Assembly (NCBI RefSeq): GCF_009914755.1
Contig: NC_060937.1
DNA from: the human T2T-CHM13v2.0 reference genome, Homo sapiens
DNA length: 64,000 bases
Strand: one strand, 5' to 3'
The notes under the pieces are model-generated. The model did no database searches. It was not told the origin of the DNA and saw only the letters and a list, made by a program, of their open reading frames with translations. The position numbers were made by a program, and so were the translations under genes. Below, one piece after another: positions 42,464 through 56,179 of this stretch; the first letter of the stretch is position 1; every line of letters begins with the position of its first letter.

Positions 42464-43699
42464 GAGTATCAAGGATATTCTGTTGGAAATTCGGAGTTCA
42501 TACTTGATAATTGCCTGTTAATATATTGTTTTCTGCTGGCAACAGTTATTGTTTAAGAGTGTACTTGTGACCTAAATACACGACTATAAGAGGAGGAGTA
42601 GGAAGAAAGAGGGATAAGCCAGAGCTAACATAAAATTATAGAAATTTACATCATCTAAAAATACAGTCTGATTATGGTTACTGATGAAGGGAAAAGATTT
42701 GGCAGAGGTAAGATGTTGGAGATCCACAAGAGAAGGATAATGACTGACAATGCAAGATGTCTGAAGCAGTAGCCAAGGTTGAAACAGATTGACATTGTAC
42801 AAAGAAAAGGGGAATAAAGTGGAAGGAGAAGGGAGGATGTAAATTGATATGATTTAGGCATGACAGGGCCACAGTTGTATGCCCTACTAGCTGATAGTAT
42901 TGACTGTCTCTGTGAAGCAGCATGTGAGGTATATTCTGAATACACAGGAAAGGAGAGCTTGGAAATAAACTTTTAATAATCAGGGAATGTATAACCCTAC
43001 AGAAAAAGCACGTCAAATGCTGACCCAGAATAGAAACATATTTTCTCTACAGCACTGTGGGCTCAGGAAGGATTTAGATGGCAAGAATTCAAATTAGACC
43101 AATTCACATAATTACAGCATTGTGTTCAATACAAGGATGGAGCCTAAAAAGAGAGAACATAGGATTGATCTGATGTGTAGGTTTTAGGGCCAGGTAGAAA
43201 TGAAGAACAAAAGATGATGGAGTCAATTATACAACAAGAGAGAAATGATAGGTATTTATGATATACAGGCTGAGAAGAAAAGAGAGGAATGACTGAAGAG
43301 AGGGATGTCTGAAGAAGTGATACCTGATAAGAATGGAGGAGTTACAAAGCTGGAGGACTTCATGTAAAGAGGTGTATGTGCTCTTAAAACATAAAGTTTA
43401 TGGTTTATGTTTGGAGGATATTTATTTCAGATGAACTGAAATAACGATCATGAAATTTTAGTCTTGACACAGTTGTCAGCCAAATGTGTAACCTTGAATA
43501 GGTCCTGACATACTCTGCACCTGAGAATTTTGATCTGTGAAAATAGAGGAGACTTGGAGACCTCTGAAGAAATCCCAGTTGCAATATTGAGTGATTAAAG
43601 AATCAATAAATCATCTTTCAAAACAAAATAAAGGACAGTCTTCATTTAAGAATGCCTCTTAAAAAATTTCTAATTTGAAGCTCTTCTACATGGCTGGCT

Positions 43700-44760
43700 T
43701 TGGCTTTCTTGGTGTCTGTTCATTCAATTTTACCGCTGATCACTCTCTTCTCCTCAAATATGCTCCTATTTCTCTGACCTTTCATTCTTCAGCTCCTTGA
43801 CAGGCTCTGTATCTTTAATTCATTCATTAAATATTGGGCAGCATCCAAATGTCTTCTATTTGCTTACTTCTCATTCAAAACACTCTCCCTGGATGATCTC
43901 AGCCACTCTTATTGTTTTGACTGCCACGTGCATACTGATGACCCTGGAGCAGACACTGAATGCCTAGATTCTTCTACAGGGCTCTGCACACATGTATTGT
44001 AAGTTACCTGTTAGACCTGCCCACCGAAATGTCTCGTACACATCAAATTTATCATATTTAAAATGACTCTTTTCCTCTACAAGCATTTTCCTTCAGGTAC
44101 GATTTCTGTTTCTCTTAATGCATTTCCACACACTATGACACTAAGTCAGAAAACCAGGTCATGCTCCCCCACTTCTCATTTCCCCATCCACTAAATTTAA
44201 TTATCTCCCAGTCGTAAGAGCCTATGTATTAAGGAGGACCTGACTCTGTTTTCACCTCAAGAAACCTACTTCTGCCTTCTTCATTTGGGTTTCATTTCTA
44301 GCCTGGACTTTGGTAATAGCCTCAGCATTGCCTCACTAAAGGCAATAATATAATAGCCTCAGCATTGCCTCACTAAAGGCAATAATATATTCTTCCTGTT
44401 CCCAAGTGATATGCCACACTCTGGCCAGAAGGAATTCTCATATAAATAAGGTAAAAATGCTGCTCATCTATGAAAATTATTTTGTTGGTACTCTATTCGT
44501 GATAAAATACATCTTCAGCTTTTTCTGTGCTAATACAAGATCCTTGAAGATCTAATTTCTACCAATCATTGCCTCTTCTCTCTCATGCTTTTGGGTTAAG
44601 CAATGAGGCTTCTTGCAGTTCTCTGAACATCTATGCTGTTTTAGTTATCGTCTTGTTAGAATTGATCTTCACTTCTCTTTGAAGACTTTCTCCATCATCT
44701 GCATGGATGATCCCCATTCATCCTTCAAGAGTTGGGATGAGAAAACCACATCCTATAAAT
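43700..44760 (+). mobile_element. L2 ORF2/3' region
   Basis: cactctccctggatgatctcagccactc...catactgatgacc; gacctgcccaccgaaatgtctcgtacacatcaaattt. Confidence 0.7.
44314..44387. repeat. Perfect 37-bp tandem duplication
   Basis: TAATAGCCTCAGCATTGCCTCACTAAAGGCAATAATA x2 (44314-44350 and 44351-44387). Confidence 0.98.
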
Positions 44761-47468
44761 CTGTTCATGTCCATATGTCCTAGAACATGGCTGGCTCTTG
44801 CGAAGTATTTTACTCTGATGGAATGTGGGAAGCAAAGAAATATACATAATGTAGGTAGACATGAATATGGCTAAAGGTTCAAAGGAGGATGACTTGTTGG
44901 TTATTTTACCAATGGCTTTTATCCAAGGGCAATGCATTTAATGAGTGAGCTCTGAATCATAGAAGATTTTCTGATATGGCAAAGAAAAGAAAATATTGAG
45001 GGCCAGCAGATCTGATTTATCATTTTGTTGTGTTTACTGTTTGCCTCTCAACATGCATTCCCACTCTTGCATCAACATTGATTTAATTTTTCTTGAGGTA
45101 GAGGAACCAATCCTCCCTTTCTTAAGATCTTTGTATTTGGCTGAAACTGTCTACAAGTATAGGATCCTAGGTGAGCCAGTTAATATATTGTTTTCTATTG
45201 GCAACAGTGATTGTTTAAGAATGCACATGCGACTGAATACCCAACTATGAATTTCCTAAGAAAAAGATATCCACTCTTTTTTCAGTGGATGCCAAGGAAG
45301 AACTGCATACCCTTACAAGGTGCTAGCGACCATCTCAAGTTTATGAGGAGAGCCAGCCCTACAACAAAACCAACATCCAAGATGGAGAGCAGACAGCTGG
45401 ACAGAAACTATCTGCATTGAAATCCACACATCTGCTTTGCCACTTGATTGATGGATGACATTGGCAAAAATGTTTGTCTTGTTTCTTCTGAAATCTGTAG
45501 ATAAATTCATGATCCAAAGACATTAGGATTGACTTGTGCTGTCAGCGTAAAACTAATAGTTGTTTTTAGTGTGAAAATTCTCTGAAGGAATATGACTGCT
45601 GTTTGGTTGGCAAGAATATTTGACAAATTATTTCTTCCAGGTGAGCATGGCACTGAATGAAGAGGAAATTTGCACAATAAGAATTCAGAAGGTTACATTT
45701 CCTCTGAATTCTGGTTTTCATTGCGTAAGTGAGAACTCCACTACTTATGGGGACAGTATAAAAGTAATCAGAGTAATAGTGGTTATTATGAATGCAGGAA
45801 AAGGCAGATACCTCAAAAAGATGACCTGATCATGTCCACAAAACCTAATTCCATTGTTAGGGTAATTTTCTTGTTTACTAACCATGGTAATTGCCTAAAT
45901 CAGAACAAAATCTGCTTATTGTTTAATAAGATAACAGATTTAGATTGGCATCTCAGAAGAAAAGATCAGTGAATAACACATCATTTTCCCCCAATTTAAA
46001 AGATAAAAACTAAAACAAATGAGAAGTCATGAAGCTGAATGTCCTGGATGTATCCACACCCTCTAGGAACAACTGAACAAATCTTTCCTGGAAACGGTGT
46101 TTAATTACTCAGAGCAGTGTCACATTAATATAGAAGCTGTGCATGTCTTCCATATATACTCTGTCCTTTTCTGTGTGAATTTTTTAAAGTGGAATTATTA
46201 ACTAATCATGCTGCTCCCATATTACCTGATTATTACCAGATTTCCCAAGTAATTCATCAAAATTGCCTGGGTCAAACTTCTCTGTTACTCTTAGTGCTGC
46301 CCATTCTCATTGGTTTTATCTATTTGTTTCATTTGTTAATGTGTTTTAGGCAACCATATTTACTTTCATTTTTATTTTACTACCTATTTTTGGTCTCATA
46401 GATTTCTCCTGTAAAGTTTTTGCACTTCCAATTTACATGACTTTCTTTTTCAATCATGAGTCACATCATTTTTCATATTTAAACATTGTTCTTTCCAAAC
46501 GTTACTCATAGACTTCTTGGTTTCTGATCTACACGTGTAATGAGAATGTCACTAGGGTTGCATCCTTCAGTACTTTCAAGAATTCTGGTGAGAAAATTCT
46601 CAGTTGTAATGACATTGTATCAGATTCCCTTTCAAGTCTCTTTTAAATCTAATACACTTCTTGAAAACTTTAGAAACTGCATTGAACAAATTAAATGACC
46701 TAACTTTTCGGTGACTCAGGCTTCACATTTTAACCATATAATTGATGTGATTATTACTACGGAATCATTTTTTGAACCAGCTGCTGGAGCATCCATATTC
46801 TATAAATATAGGTTCAGTTTTCCTGAGAAGGAAAAGTTATAAGAATCAAATGTTTAAAAGGTGATTTATGAGTTGAAAATAATACACTCCCAATAGAATT
46901 CGAGATTCTAAAAGTGAGGTAAATACCTTAGTACACATAAAAATGCCAATATTAAGAAAAAAATTATAATTTTATATAGTTTTATATAATTTAAATTTTC
47001 TAATTTACAGTGTAGGAAACTTACAATTCATGTCATTTTTACAAAAGGAAATATTTATCTAAATTTCTTACCATTTTTGTCTCAGTTTCATAAAAGTCAA
47101 CAGTTGTCTAAACGTCTTAGGATCCTTTTGTCCATTTGATACTAATGCCTAGGGTTGGTTTGTCCAACAGGCTCTGTCCTTCCCCAGTGCCATCAGTGAG
47201 TGGGGCTCTATGTCAGCCAACCGGGAACAAGAATAATGCCTGGAAATGCTTTTGTGTCAATTCAGACTCTGTGACACAACATAAAGGGAATCTTTTAACG
47301 GAGCACCTCCAAAAGAGAAGGGAAGTAGCAGTTGAAAATAAATGAATCACAACTTTTTTATTAATTCAAAGCACATACGGTTTACTAAAAGTAACCCAAA
47401 CATAATTTCATCATCGAGAAAACCTAAGTATGTATTATATGTGAAAGCATAGAAAACCCCATACTTCT

Positions 47469-47823
47469 GGCCATGTCTTGTAACCAGCGGCTCATGCTTG
47501 TAATCTCAGCACTTTGAAAGGTCAAGGTGCTGGCCTCCCACCTTCAGGTGGGAGGATTACTTGAGTCCAGGAGTTTGAAGCCAGGAGTTTGAGATCAGCC
47601 TTGGCAACATAGCCAGACCCCATGTCTAAAAAAATAAAATAAAATAAAAAATTAGCCAAGCATGTAGCCCCAGCTACTTGGGAGACTGAGGCAGAAGGAT
47701 GGCTTGAGTCCAGGAGTTCAAGGCTACAGTGAGCTATGATGAAGCCACTTCACTCCAGCCTGGGCAACAGAGCAAGACCCTGTCTCTAAGAAACAAGACA
47801 AAACAAACAAATAAACAAACAAA
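47469..47823 (+). mobile_element. AluJ, internally rearranged
   Basis: J-type gcttgagtccaggagttcaaggctacagtgagctatgat; flanking catacttc on both sides. Confidence 0.9.
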
Positions 47824-48339
47824 GGCATACTTCCTCTAGAGGGGAAAATGTCATTTTAAAAGCCTTATAATACCTGAAGATAAGTGCTAACTTCTAAGCA
47901 AAATGCTAAACATAGAGAAGTTAAGAACCAATTATACATCAAATCCCAATGAATGCAGAGTACATAGGTGGCTTCTGTGATAATTAATGAGTGTATTCCA
48001 TGAAGGATCAGCAAAGCCCCAACAGGAGTAGCTCAGTTTAGCGTCTCTATCTCAATTCCAAGTGCTCTTTCTTTTCTATTAAGAGAATTCTCTTTCCAGC
48101 CTACCCTGGAAGTCATTGGTTTTGCTTGGAATGGTTGTTTCTGCATTCACTTCTACCTGAAAAACACTTTCCCAATGACCAAAGCAATTATCTTCTTCAT
48201 TATTGCATACTTTCTGCAGTGAAAGTCCTTATAACTTAAATTCAAAAAGTACATTTGGAGACAGATAGCTAATACACCCTTAAGTTTTAAGTAGGTTTTT
48301 GTATTTAACGATTCTGTCTGAATAACCTGCATTTTGCCA

Positions 48340-48755
48340 GTGTTTTGTGAAAGACTGAATGATTCGTACCAGCACTCCACTCCCCCGTAGTACATCGACA
48401 GCTTTACCATGGCTTGATGGTTGGTGGCATGTACTTCCCAGTCCTTGCATTTTGACTTCATCAAGTGAGCTTATGTAGTTAAGCTTCATTCATTCATAAG
48501 CTCCTCTCAGTGCCTTTAAAGAACATGCCACTGCCTGGGCTTCTCCAAACACTTCAGTCTGTGCCTCGTAATGAAACGTGATGAGCCAAGCTCAGCCAGC
48601 TTGCAGCCTGAAGCAGATCCATCCTCCCAGCTCAGCCAAGTCAAGAGTAGCCAAAACTCAGCCAACCACAGAACAGAGAGCTCCAGAGTAATATTTGTTG
48701 TTCTAAGCCGTGAAATTTTTGAATGGGTGATTATGCAGCATTATCGTCATGATAT
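48340..48755 (+). mobile_element. MLT1H-like LTR
   Basis: gcagcctgaagcag...cccagctcagccaag...cagccaaccacaga...ttgttgttctaagccgtgaaatttt...ttatgcagcattat. Confidence 0.7.
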
Positions 48756-49078
48756 TTGAAAAAGAATAACTTATCACTGCAAGTTCTTGATCACGTTTTT
48801 TAAACGAACTTTTTAATCTATCTCTAATAAATCAAGGTATATAAAAATATTTCTTTCTTTCAAATCGTCTCTCTGATTTAAAGTGCCCTCTGCATTCTAT
48901 CAATCATCTTCTAGTTTTATTTCTCATTACATTAAACTACAATATTAGTTACTAAATTAGCTTTGAAGGCTGTCTCCCTTTCTTCATACTCCTATGTATG
49001 TTGTATATGGCTCATTCCTCTATGAATCCAGTCCAATATCTTAAAGGTAAAATGATGTGATGATGTCCCGACTTCTGA

Positions 49079-49564
<486 letters not shown>

Positions 49565-52500
49565 TAGGCATATTTGTAACATGTAGCAAAAAATATTTCT
49601 TCCCGATGCAGATTTCTAGCACAATGTGTGGTTGGCATCCCTCACAAAACCCCCACACCATTTTCAGAATAGTATCGTATCTGGGGTATTGTAATCGAGG
49701 CACATCCTTACTCTCATTCCTAACAACTCTTTCTTTTAAGAAACTGACATATTACTCATCTGTGAGTCTATGTTTGGTACTATCTTGTGACTGGATTGCT
49801 ACTATTTTTCCTTTGGAAGAGTTTGCCATCACCCCCATGATCTGAGCCACAACCACAAGACCCCATCTGGAAAAGTGATGTGCTGCCATTTAGTTTCATT
49901 CCATGAAATTTTCCAAGGCCATTTTGCATTTCAACAAAGTGTGACTTTATGTCGCTCACACATATAGATGAGGGTTTTTTTTTTCTTTTTAGAGATTTCA
50001 CTGATATTCCAAAAAATATTTCTAAACTCTTCATTTTCTTCATTATTACTCAGTTTAGCCTGATAAGATTAGTAAAAGCTAACTTTCCATCTCATAAATT
50101 TAAAAATATATAAAAATTATTGATGTTTCTTTTAAAAATATGAGATAGCTATTTTTAAGGCCTAAGATTTCTAGTTAGTTTCAGCAAGCACTCAGTACCT
50201 CGTTTAATTTAAATAACATTACCCCAGAAGATAAAAATATAACAAACGATATTGTAAACAGTTTAAGGGTATTTAAATGATTTATAACTTCAAAAATATC
50301 CTATTTGTCTAACTTTATACAGGAAAACAATAAGAAACATGATTCCTATCAATTTGTTTTAATACATTTAAAAGCAGATTCTTCTCCATCACTAAAGCAT
50401 GTTTGACTTTGAATAAATGGCTTAAACTGAAAAAAAAAAAAAACTTCTTTTTAAAATTGAGAGGTTACACAAGATTTGTGGAGATTCAGTAGAATCACAG
50501 GGAATTACTTTCAAAATCACTGGCATTTATCTACCCAGAAAGTCAAAGGCAGAGCCCAGTATCTGTGCTTTATGATAACTCCCTTGGCAATTCTACGGTA
50601 CAACTCTGTTGGCAAGCCTGTTGGATTTAATCATTTCTGAGCACTCGGTCAAATATATTATTTTATGATTCCTAGTTTACCTTCTAATAAGGGGACGGCT
50701 TGAGATGTCTCTTAATTCCTTCACCCTTAAATATAGGTCATTTTGCAGAATTTCAGTTTTCCTTCTTGGGGGACTCAAGAGAGTCCAGGCTAAACTCATG
50801 ATGTAATTTAACTGCTGTGTCACTTGAGATAAAAGAAAGCTGAGAGATTTAGAAAACTAATCTAAGCCTGGAAAAACCATCTCAGGAGTGATAGATATCC
50901 AGAAAGATGCAGGGTGGAGTAAAATTTTAAGAAGATTCTCTACCAAATTTTAGGAAGCACTTTTAAAGTACTCTAATGTGGCAAACCGCTATAATTCCTT
51001 CTTATACAAAAGGAACAAAAGAAAAGTGCGGTCGCTAGATACTATTTGATAAATAAGAAGACAGAATTAAAGGAGATATTCTTTTGGAGATGATTTCTCT
51101 TGCAGCATTAAATCTTTGACACTAAGACCATTTTCTATGCATACATTCCAAATCTAACATCCAGAGAAAGACGAACGTAGGTGATATTGTTTTAGTGTCA
51201 ATTTTTATGTTTCTTTACTCCTTGAGTATTTTTTTTTTGTAAAAGAATGGTAACAATGACTTTAATGAGAGTATGAATTCAATACCTGGTTAATTTTACT
51301 GTTTGGTGAAAAAACAAAGGAGTCTCAGAATGTTATTCCTCTACAAAGGCAAAAGAATGTTTAGCACCACGTTTAGTTGGGCTCTGAGGAGGGACTCTAC
51401 AAGTAAGCTAATAAAAAATATTATGTCTGGATAAAATTTAGCTAACTCCTTATAGGATGAGTCTGGCAGTATCACCACTTACTAACTGTTAAAAGCGGCT
51501 TTTCAGTTTTATATTCAGTTGAAGGAAAAAAGAAAATGATAAAGAGTCAGTAGGGACCCAACACCTACCAAGAGTTCCAGGACCTCCCGTGCCAAGAGCA
51601 CATTCATATTCATGCATTACATTTAAGGGCTCCCAGAGTAAATATTTTCCATGCCCCCCACAGCTATATTCCCCATAAGTAGACAAATTAGTGAAGGTGG
51701 ATTCTGGAGCTGTACATAAATATTCAACTAGTGTCTGTATTTATGCCCCAGCTTACAAATAACTAATGGTCGGCTGAGCCAAAATAACCATATAAGCGAG
51801 ACATGTAGAAGGATTGCTGATTTCATTTATTATACCACCTGTGAACCTCCTAGGGGAAGGGCAGTCTAGTGAAATATTTTGGTGTGCTGACACAATTTTG
51901 TACTTGTTTATGAGGCTACACCAGCCTATTCCTAATTTCCTGTTGTAATTCTCTGCTTCAAAGGCCAAGTCCACACATGGGAAGAATATTTTCTGCAAAC
52001 AGTCTTCTCACAGCTCTGCTGTCTCTGTCTCTCCAGTTGCCTCCCTGGGCATTCTCTTCCCCTTTATGCTCTTAACAGTCATAAGGGATTCAAGTTAGCA
52101 TTTGAGTCAGAACAAAACCAATAACTATAGAGGTTTAGTTGGCTATGTCAATTACCTGGTTCTGATTCTTCTTGAATATGTAGGAGAAAAATTATCTTTT
52201 CTAATTCATGAGCTACTAATGACACTGGGAAGAGGTTTTACCCCAATGCATTTCATCAAAAGATCAAATGGAGACAAACTAATCTTACTGTTGAGCTCAC
52301 AGTCTCCCTACAATCCTGTTTCCATCCTAAAGCAAAGTCTTGATGTAAAGCAGACAACCTGGAAATATTAGTGCTATCCCTCAGGAAGCAGGGACAGCAT
52401 CCTCTCCTGGAGGAGTAGTTATTGCATTTTTTAAGGATTCATATAAAAATGCTCTAATCCTAGCTGGAAAGCTCAATGTTACTAACACTGGGGCAGGCAA

Positions 52501-53986
52501 GGTAGTAGCTTCTGTCATTACATCTATCAAAGAATACCTGAAATATTGCATATTATTATGACTTTCTACTTTAATTTATTGTTTCTTGTTCATTATATAC
52601 AATTTCAATGTCGATTGGATATGTTCCTGTTTAGTATTAACATTTACAGCTTGATATTTTGAATTTTGAATGTTTGCTTTACCTCAATATTAAGAAGTAT
52701 TTTAAAAGATGTGTATTTTTGACATCAAATGCTTAGATTTCCTAAAGGGCAGCCAGAATATATATGCCAGTCAAGTGGAATCCATTACTCAACCAAAGAC
52801 AAAAATAGAGCAGTAAGAGATGCCATTGCCTTTTCTGATGATATTGGACAAGTTGGAAAGCTAATGGCCCAAATGAGTTTGAGTTGGACCAGAAAACTGG
52901 AATCAATAACATCTGGATGTTCTCACTCAAAACAATTTCCACAATTCCCTAACTGCTGATGAACGACAGAATTCTACTATTAAACAATGATCAGTTTCAC
53001 TGTACGTCAATGATTTTTCCACTTTTTGTCAAATAAATTCTGGTATCATGATAAACAGCAAAGAATTTAATACTGCCTGGCCACTGGCTTAAAAAAATTT
53101 TAGAAAAAAATGAACATGCAAATAAAAATGGTAATTAGAGTCCAAGGGGCACATTGCTTAACTAATTTGTTTGTTGTGCTTAAATATTGCAAAGGTTTCT
53201 GGTATGAGCATCATGTTGTACCATATGTGATCCTGTTTTGCTTACACCAAAATAATTGTGATTGCCTGAGCTTTTGAATCAATCTCTTCCTTTTTGTATA
53301 AGCCCTGATCATCACATTATTTAAAATGTCAGTATGAGTCTACAGGCTAACATTAAGTATATTTCTTCTTAAAGTGATTTTTTTGTCTTGTAATGTACAC
53401 ATTTTTATCCATGTTTGAATATTTAAGGGGCACTTTCCAAAGCCACTCCTGAAGAAATTCAACTTTTTTTGTTTTATCTAATTATCTTATAAATTAATAC
53501 AACAAGTGAGCTCATTAAGTGCAAACGAGGAAGAGGGAGAAGATGTTGCTAGAACTTAATTAGCAAGATACAAAGACACCAATTAACATCTATAGCTCAG
53601 GAAAAAAAAATTTTTTTCATGTGGTAGCATCAGAAAATAAAATCACAGCTGGTTACACATAGTAAGTAGAGTGCAGATGAATTTCAGTTGTCTGTGATAT
53701 TAAGCCCTCAGGAGTAAGTAAAAAGGGGGCTGAGGAAGCAAGAAAAATTATCTAGGCTGGCCAATAAAGCACCATTTTGTAAATTTGAATGTCTTCTATT
53801 TGAGTGTTTAGATGACAGTCTATATTGAAGGGCAAAATTCTATACAAATTCCAAGCCAATAATATTTTATTGTTTCAATCCTTTCTACAGGTATGTTCTC
53901 TAAATCACACTGTAAATATTTAACTTATAATGATCACTTCTGTTGATTTTATCAATAATTATTTCATCAGACCAAATAATTTGTAT

Positions 53987-54157
53987 GCTCAGCATGGTAG
54001 CTCATGCCTGTAATCCCAGCAACTCAGGAGGCTGAGGCAAGAAGGTGGCTTGAGCCCAGGAATTTGAAGCTGCAGTGAGATATGATTTTGCCACAGCACT
54101 CCAGTCTTGGTTACAGAGTGAGACTTTGTCTCTAAAAATAAATAATAATAATAATAA
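53987..54157 (+). mobile_element. FRAM / Alu right-arm monomer
   Basis: Single monomer ...gcttgagcccaggaatttgaagctgcagtgagatatgat...ctctaaaaa with (AAT)n tail. Confidence 0.85.
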
Positions 54158-54550
54158 TTTTAAAAGAATCTAATAACTTATGTGTAAAATAAACTTCATA
54201 AGACATAAATCTTCATAGTTTCCGTATTTGAAGGAGTCATGAAATTAAAAGAGAGTTTTTGTTTTAGTTTTCTAAGGAAGGGCTACAAGTAGTTCAAAAC
54301 CAACATATATTAGTATGACTTGAAATGTATTTCATTTCCATTTAAAAGGAAACTGTGTAGTAACTCAAATTTTGTGCTTCTCAAGATAACTTAAACTGGG
54401 TTCTTACACTTACGTCTAAGTTTATAATTAAGGCAGAGGGGTTAAATCCCAAATGTGTAATCAGCGTGTTCCAGTAACTTTCAAAAAATAAAGGAAGTTT
54501 TCGAAGTATTCATCTAAAATAATGTTGTGCCAATCCTTCCTGGGGTAACA

Positions 54551-55380
54551 TTTTTTCACTTTTATTTGAGGACAATTTCAAGCTTACAGAAAAATTGCAA
54601 CAATAGTACACAGAGCTACCATAAGTGCTTTTCCCGGATGTACTGACTGTTGCATCATCTCCGTGTGCGCTGTGTGTGTGCAAGCCTGTACATCCACACA
54701 CTCAGAGCTCCCCTAAATCCTTTTCCTGGGTGTACTGACTGTTACGTCACCCTCGTGTGCACTGTGTGGTGTGCATGCTTGTACACCCACGCACTCACTC
54801 GGAGCTGCCATAAATCCTTTTCCTGGATGTACTGACTGTTGCGTCACCCCTGTGTGCACTGTGTGGTGTGCATGCTCGTACGCCCACGCACTCACTGCCA
54901 AGTGCAAGTCACTGACACACGGACCCTACAACCCTTAGTACTAACTACAAGGGCATCCTCTTTGTTAACCACAAGCTACCGTTTCAGGAAACAGAATGTT
55001 GATAGAAAACCTTTATTTGATCTACCTTCCAGATTTCAGTTTTATGAATTGACCAAGTTAATGTCTTTGATAGCTTATGTTACATCACATAGAGGATTCG
55101 GTCGTAATGTCTCTTGAGTCTCCTTTAAACTGGAATGGGTCCTCAGCTCTTTGTTTTTTTTCATGGCATTGGCATATTTGAAAAAAAGTTTAATAGTAAA
55201 GTGTTCTTGGTTTACAGTTTGTGTGATGTTTCCTAAAAATGTGGTTCATTTTCCTCATATTACTACTTAAGTGATGTGGTTTCCTTCTGAGTATCAGAAC
55301 CGGAGCCACGCAGTTATCCATTGACCCTTCATTGATAATGTCAACCATTTTTACATTACTCTTGTCTAGTTTATTCACTA
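54551..55380 (-). mobile_element. L1MC4-like 3' end, containing a minisatellite
   Basis: ttttatttgaggacaatttcaagcttacagaaaaattgcaacaatagtaca...ttcaggaaacagaatgttgatag...gtctcctttaaactggaat. Confidence 0.8.
54611..54896. repeat. GC-rich minisatellite, 3 units (92, 97, 97 bp)
   Basis: Units start at 54611, 54703 and 54800: cagagct.cc.taaatccttttcctggatgtactgactgtt.cgtcacc...gtgtgcactgtgtggtgtgcatgc..gtac.cccacgcactcact. Confidence 0.95.
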
Positions 55381-56179
55381 CTTAGATCTATGAGATAACT
55401 TTAAAGATGGCCATATTTCGTCTGATGATCATTATGACTTTAAACAACACATCATATATTCTAATGAGTCACAGTGCATAACCTACATAGTAATCAAATT
55501 AGATATATTTAAGTTTTAGAATTCTATTGGCAAAACCTACGATATCCTAATATAAAAATTTTAATTCATATTAAGCTCAACAAAATTTCCATTGTTTTTA
55601 ATGATTATAAAATGCAGAAACATTAAGTAAAAATCCATGGTTTTAAGATTAGGTAGAACTTTTTTAAATGTTCTGTGTACAACCTGTACCAATTTAAATT
55701 ATGTTTGTTATTTCCTATAAGACCATATGAACAAACTCACACACTTATCAAATAACTGACTACATTTCTCTACTTTCATAAGATACTTTATCTACATTAT
55801 TGTTAATAAGAAGATGGGCAAGTAACTTATTGCCTGGTTAGGAAGATAAAATAATTGTATATATCTGTGCAGTATGGAGTAAAAAGTGTATGTAATGAAA
55901 ATAAAGGCGTGGCTAGTATGTCATTCTTTGGCCAATCTATTTTCGTCATTGAAACTCAGATCAAGGTCAAGAATCAGAATGACCCTAAGTGCCCTCTGTG
56001 TCACGTTATATTTTACATGATATATTTTATACATTCGGCTTCTAAGCCTGCTTAAAATGATTCTGGGACCTCATGTCACTTATCTCTGGGGTAAGAGGCA
56101 CTGTTACTTCAGTCCCAGTATATCCCCGTGTTATTTTTTCCTTGTTTTGCTGAAATATATTCTCAGAAATCTATTTCTC

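Noticed and set aside
44314-44387. 37-bp palindromic repeat resembling a CRISPR repeat
   Set aside because: Only two directly abutting copies, no spacers, no cas genes, primate context
54611-54896. ~95-bp periodic array as a CRISPR-like or ncRNA array
   Set aside because: The whole unit is repeated with no unique spacers, and it derives from L1MC sequence; it is a minisatellite
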